Positions 1 through 8,807 of a DNA stretch of 64,000 bases are shown piece after piece (the stretch's first letter is position 1; each line of letters opens with the position of its first letter). Under the pieces are notes generated by a model, which did no database searches, was not told where the DNA came from, and worked only from the letters and a program-made list of their open reading frames with translations. The DNA comes from Bacillota bacterium (GTDB taxonomy: Bacteria; Bacillota; Sulfobacillia; JABLXB01), in the NCBI GenBank assembly GCA_013178305.1, contig JABLXB010000006.1, positions 25,921 through 89,920 on the forward strand, written 5' to 3'. Made by a program: the position numbers and the translations under genes.

Positions 1-1
1 G

Positions 2-703
2 ATGGTCTCAGCACTGCGGCATCCGATAACCAGGGCGACGTCGGCGATCACCGTCATGCCGGAGGATAACGAGTGGATCAGGAGGCTTTCCGCTCCGCTG
101 GACGTCAGTCTCAGGCGTGCCCGCTCGCACTGCATTCAGTGCATGGCATGCACCGAGTTGTGCCCCAGGTACCTCCTGGGACACCGGCTGAAGCCGCACG
201 GGCTGATGCTCGAGGCGAGTTACATGCTGAACTACCCGGGGCGTTTTGAAATGGCGGCGCTCTGCTCCGAGTGCGGGGTATGCGAAGCGTACGCCTGCCC
301 GTCGCACCTTGCGCCCAGGCGAATCAACGCCAGGTTAAAGGTGGATCTGGCCGGCGCCGGCCGGCGGCCGGAGTTCAGCGACATGAGACCACCGGATCCG
401 GCCAGGGCCTACCGGCTGGTCCCGACGGGGAGACTCAAGGCGCGTCTCGGTCTTGACGCTTACGACGTCGAGCCAGAGTTCTCAGGCGAGGCGCCGGTTC
501 CGGTTGAGGTTACTCTGTTGCTCAAACAGCACGTCGGAGCTCCATGTCTTCCGCAGGTCAGGGTCGGAGACCAGGTAGAGAAAGGACAGGTGGTGGCCGA
601 CGTGCCGGCGGGGAAGATGGGGGTACCCGTCCACGCTCCAGTTTCCGGGGCAGTTGAGCGAGTTGACGAACAAGCCGTGGTCATCCGGAGGAGCAGCGCA
701 TGA
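2..703 (+). CDS. PduS/RnfC-like iron-sulfur electron-transfer protein, C-terminal part (5' end outside window)
   Basis: ORF is open to the window edge. Two ferredoxin-type CxxCxxCxxxCP motifs (CIQCMACTELCP; CSECGVCEAYACP), then a barrel-sandwich-like tail (VGDQVEKGQVVADVP..VHAPVSG) as in RnfC-family proteins. Stop overlaps the next microcompartment gene by 4 nt. Confidence 0.6.
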   Translation: MVSALRHPITRATSAITVMPEDNEWIRRLSAPLDVSLRRARSHCIQCMACTELCPRYLLGHRLKPHGLMLEASYMLNYPGRFEMAALCSECGVCEAYACPSHLAPRRINARLKVDLAGAGRRPEFSDMRPPDPARAYRLVPTGRLKARLGLDAYDVEPEFSGEAPVPVEVTLLLKQHVGAPCLPQVRVGDQVEKGQVVADVPAGKMGVPVHAPVSGAVERVDEQAVVIRRSSA

Positions 704-1257
704 ACAACGCGATCGGCCTGGTTGAGTGCATCAGTATAGGGCGCGGCTACGAGGCGGCCGACGCCATGGTGAAACGGGCGGGGGTCACCCTGCTTGCCTG
801 CAGGACTGTCTGTTCGGGCAAGCACATCACCATGGTCGGCGGGGACGTTGCCGCTGTCAACGCGTCCGTCGAGGCCGGTTTGAAGACGGCTGAAGGCTCG
901 GTCATCGATCATTTCGTGATCCCCAACATCCATGAGTCCATCATCCCGGCCATCCTCGGCGCCTCACCCGTCGACATCAGCACCGGGCAGGTGTCGCTCG
1001 GCATAATCGAGACCTTCACGGTCGCTTCGCTGATACTTTCGGCTGATGCGGCGGTGAAGGCCGCCAACGTTGTGCCGGTGGAAGTCCGTGTCGCCATCGG
1101 GATCGGCGGGAAGTCGCACGTTACCCTTGTGGGCGAGGTATCCGCTGTCAAGTCGGCGGTCGAGGCCGGGGCCAGCCTGGCGGCGCAGAATGGGCTCCTC
1201 ATTTCGAAGGTTGTTATCCCGTCTCTCAGCGCAGACGTGCTGAGGGCGATCTTGTAA
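700..1257 (+). CDS. pduT: Tandem-BMC-domain microcompartment shell protein, PduT-like
   Basis: 185 aa with two BMC-type halves (AIGLVECISIGRGYEAADAMVK..; SLGIIETFTVASLILSADAAVKAA..). The size and the TVCSGKH segment match the PduT TICPGKF segment, whose Cys ligates a pore 4Fe-4S cluster. Confidence 0.75.
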   Translation: MNNAIGLVECISIGRGYEAADAMVKRAGVTLLACRTVCSGKHITMVGGDVAAVNASVEAGLKTAEGSVIDHFVIPNIHESIIPAILGASPVDISTGQVSLGIIETFTVASLILSADAAVKAANVVPVEVRVAIGIGGKSHVTLVGEVSAVKSAVEAGASLAAQNGLLISKVVIPSLSADVLRAIL

Positions 1258-1297
1258 TGGGTCCGGGCAATGGGGTGGGGTCCAAGGAGGGATAAGG

Positions 1298-1612
1298 ATG
1301 AAGCGCCTGGTTACTGCCAACGAAATCCGCGACATGTATTTCGCCGGCCAGAAACACCTGGTATTGCCGGAAGGGGCGATCATCACGCCCGGCGCGAAAG
1401 ACCTGATCTATGCGTTCAATATCGAGGTGGCTTACGGCGAACCCGGCGGCGCGGAATCCGCGGATTCCGGGCCGGCGGCAGCGTCCGGTGATAACCTAGT
1501 CACGGCGGTCGCGCGCGTTGTGGACAGCGTGCTGGCGGGCGCCTCCCCTGGCGACAGGCAGAGGGTTGTTGAGGCCGTCATCGACCAGCTGTCCGGGAGG
1601 ACACGGGAATGA
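1298..1612 (+). CDS. Small eut-locus accessory protein of unknown function (104 aa)
   Basis: AAGGAGG about 7 nt upstream of the ATG; stop overlaps the eutB start (ATGA). The N-terminal LVLPEGAIITPGAKDLIYAFNIEV resembles a short domain I recall at N-termini of Firmicute eut/pdu adenosyltransferase-type accessory proteins (recollection only). The C-terminal half carries amphipathic helices. Confidence 0.5.
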   Translation: MKRLVTANEIRDMYFAGQKHLVLPEGAIITPGAKDLIYAFNIEVAYGEPGGAESADSGPAAASGDNLVTAVARVVDSVLAGASPGDRQRVVEAVIDQLSGRTRE

Positions 1613-3012
1613 GGCTCACGACCAGGTTGTTCGGCAGACAGTACAGGTTTGAGTCCGTAAAGGAAGTGCTTGGCAAGGCTAACGAGGAGAAATCCGGCGA
1701 CGCCCTCGCCGGTATCGCGGCCACATCCGCGGCGGAGAGGGTCGCGGCCAAGAGGGTGCTTGCCGAGATGACTGTCGAGGACCTGCGGGAAAACCCGGTT
1801 ATCCCTTACGACGAAGATGAGGTTACGCGAGTCATCGACGACGCCGTCAGGGAACCCATCTATCAATCCATCAAGAACTGGACGATGGCGGAGCTCAGGG
1901 AGTATATCCTCGACCACGCTACCACCGGTGAGGGCATCAAGCGAATATCCAGGGGACTCACGAGCGAGGCAGTCGCCGGCGTCGCCAAGCTCATGTCCAA
2001 CATGGACCTCGTTTACGCCGCAAGGAAGATCAGGATCACCGCGAAGGCGAACACCGAGCACGGCGGGCCGGGGGTCCTCGCGTTTCGCCTCCAGCCGAAC
2101 CACCCCACCGACAGCGTTCCCGGGATACTCGCATCCGTAATGGAGGGGCTGACGTACGGTTGCGGTGACGCCGTCCTCGGGATAAACCCTAACGAGGACA
2201 CGGTGGAGAACACCACTAAGCTCATGAAGGCTGCCCACGACTTCGTTGAGACGTGGGGAATCCCCACCCAGACCTGCGTCTTATCACATATTACGAGCCA
2301 GATGACGGCCGTAAAGCAGGGGGCGCCGGTGGATGTGTTTTTCCAGAGCGTGGCCGGGACCGAGCAGGCCAATACGGTGTTCGGCATATCGGCGAAGCTT
2401 CTTGACGAGGCGCACGAGCTGATCAAGAAAAAAGGCCTGGCTACGGGGCCGAACCTGATGTACTTCGAAACGGGACAGGGCTCCGAACAGTCCCTGAACG
2501 CGCATCACGGCGCAGACGAGATGACGCTTGAGGCGAGGACCTACGGGTTCGCGAAGCGCTATGACCCCTTCATGGTGAACAATGTCTCCGGATTCATCGG
2601 TCCCGAGACACTGTATGACGGCCGGCAGATCATCAGGGCGAGCCTCGAAGACCATTTCATGGGCAAGTTGACGGGCCTGCCGATGGGTATGGCCCCTTGC
2701 TACACGAACCATACCAGGGCCGATCAGAACGACCAGGAAAACGCAATCATGCTGCTGGCGCTGGCAGGGGCGAACTACTACATGGGCGTGCCGGGCAGCG
2801 ATGATTGCATGCTCAGCTACCAGGACACCAGTTATCACGACGACGCCACCCTTCGAGAGCTCCTGGGGCTCAGGCCGGTACCGGAATTCGAGGCCTGGCT
2901 GGAGGACATGGAGTTCATGAAGGCGGGCAGGCTCACGGAGAGCGCCGGTGACCCATCCGTGTTCGCGAAGAAGTCGCCTCCCCGCGGAAAGGGGGCCTGC
3001 AAGAATGGATAA
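1609..3012 (+). CDS. eutB: Ethanolamine ammonia-lyase large subunit
   Basis: 467 aa. The N-terminus MRLTTRLFGRQYRFESVKEVLGKANEEKSGDALAGIAA is the conserved EutB start. Typical length; translationally coupled to eutC. Confidence 0.95.
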   Translation: MRLTTRLFGRQYRFESVKEVLGKANEEKSGDALAGIAATSAAERVAAKRVLAEMTVEDLRENPVIPYDEDEVTRVIDDAVREPIYQSIKNWTMAELREYILDHATTGEGIKRISRGLTSEAVAGVAKLMSNMDLVYAARKIRITAKANTEHGGPGVLAFRLQPNHPTDSVPGILASVMEGLTYGCGDAVLGINPNEDTVENTTKLMKAAHDFVETWGIPTQTCVLSHITSQMTAVKQGAPVDVFFQSVAGTEQANTVFGISAKLLDEAHELIKKKGLATGPNLMYFETGQGSEQSLNAHHGADEMTLEARTYGFAKRYDPFMVNNVSGFIGPETLYDGRQIIRASLEDHFMGKLTGLPMGMAPCYTNHTRADQNDQENAIMLLALAGANYYMGVPGSDDCMLSYQDTSYHDDATLRELLGLRPVPEFEAWLEDMEFMKAGRLTESAGDPSVFAKKSPPRGKGACKNG

Positions 3013-3928
3013 GGCCCTGGTTGACCTGATCGTCCAGGAGGTGTCGAGGAGGATCGGCCCCGCTGCGACCCCGAGGAGCCCGGTTCCCGAAATCTGGGAT
3101 GCCGAGGAGGACTGCCAGCGGTGGAGGTTCTCGGTACTCAGCAATAGCGGCAATGACTGCCTCAGCGACATTACCGCCTATGACATAAAGGAGAAGACCT
3201 TCGTCAGAGACCCGGCCGACCCCGAGTACCTCCGCCAGCTCAAAAAGAGCACTCCGGCGCGAATAGGCCTCGGGAGAGCCGGTCCCAGATATCTCACCAT
3301 CCCGTGGCTGCGGTTCCGGGCCGACCACGCTCAGGCGATGGACGCGGTTTTCTCCGACGTCCCCGCGGCCTTCGCCGAGGAACTCGGCCTCGTCTGTGCC
3401 CAGACGGAGTGTTCGAGCAAGGAAGAGTACCTGCAAAGGCCCGACCTCGGCCGTCGCCTTTCCGGGCAGGCCAGGGCAGTTCTCGAAGGAAGGTGCGAAC
3501 ACGGGATGCAGGTCCAGGTGGTCGTAGCGGACGGACTCAGCTCATCGGCGATCCTCGGGAACGCCAGGGACTTCCTGTCATCTCTCAGACAGGGTCTTTC
3601 CCATGAGGGCCTGCGCGAGGGGACTCCTGTATTCGTCAGGTATGGCCGCGTCGCCGTCATGAACGACATCGGTGAGGTCCTGAGGCCGGAGGTGGTAGTT
3701 GAGATAATCGGGGAGCGGCCGGGCCTGGTCACCGCCAGGAGCATGAGCTCGTACATGTGCTACAGGCCCGGAGCGAAGACTGTCGAGTCGGACATGAGCA
3801 TGGTCGCCAACATTCATTCCGGAGGGTTCCCGCCCGTTGAAGCGGGTGCGCACGTTGCTTCGATGGTGAAGCAGATCATTACCGCCAGGGCGAGCGGTAT
3901 CAAACTTACAACGGGAGGTGCCGGTTGA
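3005..3928 (+). CDS. eutC: Ethanolamine ammonia-lyase small subunit
   Basis: ATG at 3005 overlaps the eutB stop by 8 nt; the track start at 2948 lies inside eutB. 307 aa. Conserved small-subunit segments (TPARIGLGRAGPRY, VVADGLSSSAI, ERPGLV..SMSSY). N-terminal amphipathic helix MDKALVDLIVQEVSRRI. Confidence 0.9.
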   Translation: MDKALVDLIVQEVSRRIGPAATPRSPVPEIWDAEEDCQRWRFSVLSNSGNDCLSDITAYDIKEKTFVRDPADPEYLRQLKKSTPARIGLGRAGPRYLTIPWLRFRADHAQAMDAVFSDVPAAFAEELGLVCAQTECSSKEEYLQRPDLGRRLSGQARAVLEGRCEHGMQVQVVVADGLSSSAILGNARDFLSSLRQGLSHEGLREGTPVFVRYGRVAVMNDIGEVLRPEVVVEIIGERPGLVTARSMSSYMCYRPGAKTVESDMSMVANIHSGGFPPVEAGAHVASMVKQIITARASGIKLTTGGAG

Positions 3929-3983
3929 CTGCTAAACCTGACGTTCCGATGCTAGCTAGAGAACGTTTCAAAGGAGGATGCGC

Positions 3984-5072
3984 ATGGCTAATATAAGCCA
4001 GATCATTGTGACTGTGATGGCCTGTTTCATGATCCTGGGGGCCATCGACAGGATCATCGGCAACCGGTTCGGGTTGGGCAAGCAGTTCGAAGAGGGCTTC
4101 ATGGCCATGGGTCCCCTTGCCCTGGCCATGGTGGGTGTGGTTTCATTGGCTCCCGTCCTGGCGACGTTGCTCAAGCCGGTGGTCGTACCGGTCTACCAGG
4201 CGCTGGGCGCCGATCCCGCGATGTTCGCTACCACCCTCCTCGCGTGTGATATGGGTGGCTACCCGCTGGCGAAGGAGCTCGCGCTGACGCCCGAGGCGGG
4301 GAAATTCGCCGGCATAATCCTGGGCTCGATGATGGGGCCCACGGTGGTCTTCTCAATCCCCGTTGCGCTTGGGATCATACGGTCGGAAGACAGGAAGTGG
4401 CTTGCCCTGGGGATGCTCGCCGGGTTCATAACGATACCCATTGGGTGCTTTGCTGGCGGGCTGGTGGCAGGGTACGGGATGGGCATGATCGTGTCCAACC
4501 TGGTTCCAGTGGCGATTGTATCCATACTGATCGCCCTCGGCCTCTGGAGAATCCCCACCAGGATGGTGTCGGGTTTCCAGAAGTTTGGGACGGGCGTAGT
4601 GATCATGATCACAATCGGGCTTGCAGCGATCGTATTTGAGACCCTTACAGGGGTGGTCATTATCCCCGGCATGGCTCCGGTTGAAGAAGGCATCAAGATC
4701 ATAGGGGCAATAGGCATCATGCTCCTCGGCGCGTACCCCATGGTCACCGTCATAACCAGGGTGTTCAACAAGCCGCTGCTCACGCTGGGCCGGAGCCTCG
4801 GAATGAATGAAGTCGGCGCGGCCGGCCTAGTGGCCACCCTGGCTAACAACATCCCGATGTTCAACATCATGAAGGACATGGACGACAGGGGCAAGGTGCT
4901 CAACGTGGCGTTCTGCGTAAGCGCGGCGTTCACGTTCGGGGATCACCTCGGGTTCACGGCGGGCGTCGAGAAGGAAATGATCCTGCCCATGATCGTCGGG
5001 AAGCTGGTGGCCGGCGTGACGGCCATCCTGGTGGCCATTCTAGTGGCTCCAAAGCCCGACGTGAAGACGTAA
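3984..5072 (+). CDS. eutH: Ethanolamine permease/facilitator EutH
   Basis: The second ATG (3984) has AGGAGG 6 nt upstream; the first ATG (3978) abuts the RBS. Polytopic membrane protein with an EutH-type N-terminus (IIVTVMACFMILGAIDRI). Confidence 0.9.
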   Translation: MANISQIIVTVMACFMILGAIDRIIGNRFGLGKQFEEGFMAMGPLALAMVGVVSLAPVLATLLKPVVVPVYQALGADPAMFATTLLACDMGGYPLAKELALTPEAGKFAGIILGSMMGPTVVFSIPVALGIIRSEDRKWLALGMLAGFITIPIGCFAGGLVAGYGMGMIVSNLVPVAIVSILIALGLWRIPTRMVSGFQKFGTGVVIMITIGLAAIVFETLTGVVIIPGMAPVEEGIKIIGAIGIMLLGAYPMVTVITRVFNKPLLTLGRSLGMNEVGAAGLVATLANNIPMFNIMKDMDDRGKVLNVAFCVSAAFTFGDHLGFTAGVEKEMILPMIVGKLVAGVTAILVAILVAPKPDVKT

Positions 5073-5093
5073 TGAAGCAGGCAGTAGGATCCG

Positions 5094-5558
5094 ATGCCTG
5101 TGACGGCGGGACAGAGCGATAACGCCAGGATACTGGTGGTAGGCGCTCCCGGAAGCGGCAAGACATCGCTCATACGGCGGTTGCTGGACCTGGGCGCGCC
5201 CGTCACCAAGACACAGGCGCTCGAGTTCTACGACTTCGCGGTCGATACGCCGGGGGAATATGTCCAGATCCCCCGGCTATTTTTTGCCGTCCTCAGCCAG
5301 GTGGGAGACGCGCGGGGCGTCTGGGTGGTGCAGGACGCCACGGCGGCAAGACCTACCGTGCCGCCCGGTTTTGCATACGCCTTCCGCGACAGGGCGGTGG
5401 GCATCATCACCAAGATCGATTCCCCCCAGGCCGACCTCCCAAGAGCCGAGCGCTTTCTCGCCGGCGCTGGCGTCCCCGGGCCGTACCTGCGGGTTTCGGT
5501 AGTCACGGGAGAGGGTGTGGATCGGGTTGCGTGCCTGGCAGATCGCCGGAAGACGTGA
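5094..5558 (+). CDS. eutP: EutP/PduV-family small GTPase
   Basis: 154 aa. Walker A GAPGSGKTS, DTPGEY, and an ITKID (NKxD-like) motif. Sits between eutH and eutQ. Confidence 0.8.
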   Translation: MPVTAGQSDNARILVVGAPGSGKTSLIRRLLDLGAPVTKTQALEFYDFAVDTPGEYVQIPRLFFAVLSQVGDARGVWVVQDATAARPTVPPGFAYAFRDRAVGIITKIDSPQADLPRAERFLAGAGVPGPYLRVSVVTGEGVDRVACLADRRKT

Positions 5559-5694
5559 GCCGCCTGGAAACGCTGCGCCGCCCTCCCCGTGAGATTCAGA
5601 GGAGACTGCAGGGACTCGTCGAATGTGTCATACAGCACAAAGGCGTGGACAGCTACGAGGGTGTAGCCACTGCAGGGAGGTGGCTATTTGTTTT

Positions 5695-6162
5695 ATGGAC
5701 AGCCGTGAGATCCAGAGGATAGTCAGGGAAGTAGTCGAGTCCGTGCTGGGGGGCGCCGCAGGCTGTGCTGAGAAGGAACGGGGCAAAAACCCGGGGGGAA
5801 GGGCTGAGGGAGGCGACCGGGGAGTCTTCCTGATAAAGGGCGTGGAAATGAGCCTGAAGCAGTTCGACCTCGTGCCGGGGGTCAACGCGCGGCTGGTCGA
5901 TTTCGTCAACTCGTCCCATGGATGCTCGATGGCGATCGGGTTAATGGAACTCCGGGAATGCACGTTTGACTGGACCCTGAACTACGAGGAAGTTGACTAC
6001 GTGCTGGACGGGACCCTCGACATCATCGTCGGGGATCGTACTTACAGGGCTTTCAGCGGGGATGCCATCTTCATCCCGAAGGGCACGAGCATAAAGTTTA
6101 GCACGCCGGACAGGGCGCTGTTCCTCTACACCACCTATCCGGCTGACTGGGCAAACCAGTGA
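5695..6162 (+). CDS. eutQ: EutQ-type cupin protein (acetate-kinase-like eut accessory protein)
   Basis: ATG 5695 is preceded by GGGAGGTGG. C-terminal cupin LNYEEVDYVLDGTLDIIVGDRTYRAFSGDAIFIPKGTSIKF. N-terminal amphipathic helix MDSREIQRIVREVVESVL followed by a Gly-rich linker. Confidence 0.8.
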   Translation: MDSREIQRIVREVVESVLGGAAGCAEKERGKNPGGRAEGGDRGVFLIKGVEMSLKQFDLVPGVNARLVDFVNSSHGCSMAIGLMELRECTFDWTLNYEEVDYVLDGTLDIIVGDRTYRAFSGDAIFIPKGTSIKFSTPDRALFLYTTYPADWANQ

Positions 6163-6681
6163 CACAAGAGGGATTTCGAGCCCAATGAGGCGGGGGTGGC
6201 CATAGCGGAACCAGGATTTGCGCCGGACGTCTCTACACCCGGAACGTCAGGAGGTGGTACGCGTCTCTCATATGGTTGGGCGGTACCGTCCTTCTATGGC
6301 TCACCCGTTTCACACACAGCCTTGGGAGTACGGTGGGGGCTCCCGTATTACGTATTCTCTCGTGCGGCATCCGTAATTCCTCGCTTCCATGGGAATGACG
6401 TTCTTCACATCCCTTCTGTATGCACGAGGCGACCTGCCCATGATGAACTGCGCTTTGTTCTCCCTTGCCGGGCTATGGCTATCCAGGGGGCGTCTTCCTC
6501 CGGGACAGCAATTGGGGCCAGGCATGCAACTCCAGAGGAATGCGTCCTTTTCCAAGGGTGATCGGCTTGTCCTGGAGGGAGAAGTCGTAAAGGATATTCA
6601 GATTACCACAAAGTAATACAATATCGAGACCAAGTCGTTCCCATTTGAGGTGAAGTAGTAGACTGCTGCCCCTCCACCATA

Positions 6682-7383
6682 TTGAGGTACAGGATGGGAA
6701 TCATGGTGACACACGCTGATCGCAAGGTTTTCAAGGGACGGCTGTTGGCAGACGGGATGTGGGCCGTGCACCTTCTCTGGGGCTCGTGGAGCATGGCATC
6801 ACTGGGCGGGGGTCTGTGGATGTGTTGTCTTTCATCCTCCCAGCCTGATGGCCTGGCGTTCGCCGGGTTGATGTTTTTGTGTTTCAGCATCTTGCCCCTG
6901 CTCATCTGGGGGTTTGCCACACGCCCAATAGTCCTTCTCCCAGATGGGGTACGAATCAGGAACACCGTCCTGGGGAGCACGCTGGCCCCTTACGAAGAGA
7001 TCGTGTTTCTGGGGGCCGGCTCGGAGGGGCTTGTGATGACCCAGGAACGCGATTCCCGAGTTGGCCGGGTCCGGCGCAACATCTCTCTGCCCCGCTGGGT
7101 AGCCAGCCACGAGGGTTTCCTTGAAGAACTGAATCTGAGGTCGCCACGGCTCCAGATCCGGAAGGAAGGACTGCGCAAGTATTCAATTATGACCTTCACG
7201 TGGGTGGTGTTTCTCCTCTGGATTACGGTGGGGGTAGCCATCTCCCCCGGCTTCTACGTGCCTTCGTGGCAAGCCAGTCTATCGTGGTTGGGCCCCCGTG
7301 GGCTTGCTGCGATTGAGGTGGGTGGGTTTGTCGGCTGCATGATCTATATGACGATCGCCCAGAAGCGGTGCAAAGGTCCATGA
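6682..7383 (+). CDS. Hypothetical membrane protein (233 aa)
   Basis: Two N-terminal and two C-terminal hydrophobic helices flank a soluble ~90-aa segment. Third-position G/C bias favours this strand. No family recognised. Start uncertain (TTG 6682, ATG 6694 or 6703). Confidence 0.45.
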   Translation: MRYRMGIMVTHADRKVFKGRLLADGMWAVHLLWGSWSMASLGGGLWMCCLSSSQPDGLAFAGLMFLCFSILPLLIWGFATRPIVLLPDGVRIRNTVLGSTLAPYEEIVFLGAGSEGLVMTQERDSRVGRVRRNISLPRWVASHEGFLEELNLRSPRLQIRKEGLRKYSIMTFTWVVFLLWITVGVAISPGFYVPSWQASLSWLGPRGLAAIEVGGFVGCMIYMTIAQKRCKGP

Positions 7384-7440
7384 TGGGGTGAACCCCCGAC
7401 AGCCCCATGAGTGGACATCCAGGGGTGAGGTGATCCGATA

Positions 7441-8415
7441 ATGCCCATAATACTGGCCCTTCCCGTGCTGTTGGCGGTTGGGTGGCTGATCCCGGGGCGC
7501 CCGCGTAGAGCTGTGCGGTGGGTCACGTTGTTCCTCATGTGCGTGGTTTTGCTGCCCTGCCTGATCCTGGTGGACACCGCGGGCTGGACCGCCAGGGCGA
7601 TGCTTCTTGAACCCTCCTTCCACATTTCGATGCTTAAGAAGGTGAACATGTACAGCGCAGCGGCTGCTTTTCTCGGAGAAGCCGCTTCTTCGGAGCTGCT
7701 CAAGAAACCCGATCTCAAGGCGTCCGAGCGCGACGCGATCGCGCAAGTAATACGCGCGGCCATGTCGGAAATCGTATCCCCGGCGTGGATCGAAGAGGAA
7801 GTAAACCGCCTGCTCACAGGGTCTCTGAAGTTCCTCAAGGAAGGCGGTCCGGCGCCGGAACTCGGCATAAGCCTGCGGGAGCGTAAGGCAATGGCCATTG
7901 AATACCTGACCACACAGAAGATCCCGGCTCCGTTCCTGGCTGAAATCAAAAAGGCCATATCCAATCTTCCCGACGGCGTTCCGCCCAGCCGGTTGCAGGC
8001 GGAACAGGCGGTGATGGCGATGTCCCGGATTCGGCCGCAGGTCCAGGCTATCATGCTCGCTGGACCCGCCGGGGCGCTGGCGACAATGTTGTTGGTTCTG
8101 CTGGCCTGGCTCGTTGCCGGAAGAGGACGTGGGATCGCCGCATGGCTCGGCGCTGGATTCCTCGCGGGAGGAATCGGGGTCACGGCGCTTGGCATGACGG
8201 GCAGGGTGTCCCTGCTCGGCATGACCTCCGGATTCCAGCTTTCACCTCCCTTCAACGCATTGCCGCTCCAGGCATGGGTGGAGGCCACCGTCTTCAAGAT
8301 CCTCGCTACGTGGCAGATAGCGGGAAGCGGGATAGCGTTTGCGGGGGTTTTGCTGCTGGTAATCCCGTTCATGGCCAAGCGAACGCCCTCCGGCGGTGAG
8401 GCACTACGGGGATGA
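7441..8415 (+). CDS. Hypothetical polytopic membrane protein (324 aa)
   Basis: ATG start. Two N-terminal TM helices, a ~150-aa soluble helical middle, and 4-5 C-terminal TM helices. Sense-strand codon bias; followed by an intrinsic terminator. The 413-aa antisense ORF is rejected. Confidence 0.55.
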   Translation: MPIILALPVLLAVGWLIPGRPRRAVRWVTLFLMCVVLLPCLILVDTAGWTARAMLLEPSFHISMLKKVNMYSAAAAFLGEAASSELLKKPDLKASERDAIAQVIRAAMSEIVSPAWIEEEVNRLLTGSLKFLKEGGPAPELGISLRERKAMAIEYLTTQKIPAPFLAEIKKAISNLPDGVPPSRLQAEQAVMAMSRIRPQVQAIMLAGPAGALATMLLVLLAWLVAGRGRGIAAWLGAGFLAGGIGVTALGMTGRVSLLGMTSGFQLSPPFNALPLQAWVEATVFKILATWQIAGSGIAFAGVLLLVIPFMAKRTPSGGEALRG

Positions 8416-8505
8416 CTGCGGATGCAGCGCCCCCACTGTATCATGACCAGGACCGCGCGCGTCCGCGTGACGGCTGGAAACGCATAGAACCTCGCTGAAG
8501 AACAC

Positions 8506-8557
8506 CGCGCTGCTCTCTTCCGCCTTCGGGCGAGAGTGAAGCGCGGTTTCTGCTTTT
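8506..8557 (+). terminator. Rho-independent terminator after the 324-aa membrane protein gene
   Basis: Long interrupted hairpin CGCGC-tg-CTCT-tc-CGCC-TTCG-GGCG-AGAG-tgaa-GCGCG, followed by GTTTCTGCTTTT. Confidence 0.6.
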
Positions 8558-8807
8558 CATTCAAAGGGGCCAAGACCTGCCTCATAGTGATTAGTCAGAG
8601 TCACGGAGAGACGAGGTACGGAGGTGCTCCGGAGACAGGTTTGCAGGAATAGGGACACTGGGTCGGGCGCTCGCCGAGCCTGGAACCCCAGGGTTGTGGT
8701 GAAGGTGGTTGACGACGGAGGTATGGGCCTCCGCGACGCCAGGCGCTTCCTCATAGAAAGGTATCTGGTAGAACGAGGTTCTCAAGAGGCGAAAGGGGCG
8801 GGAAGCC

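Noticed and set aside
6165-6681. The ORF-poor segment as a group II intron, OLE-like RNA, tmRNA, RNase P RNA or 5S rRNA.
   Set aside because: There is no GUGYG...domain V signature, no RT/maturase ORF, and no tRNA-like ends or conserved RNase P/5S motifs. The neighbourhood does not match the usual OLE context. It is kept only as an unexplained region.
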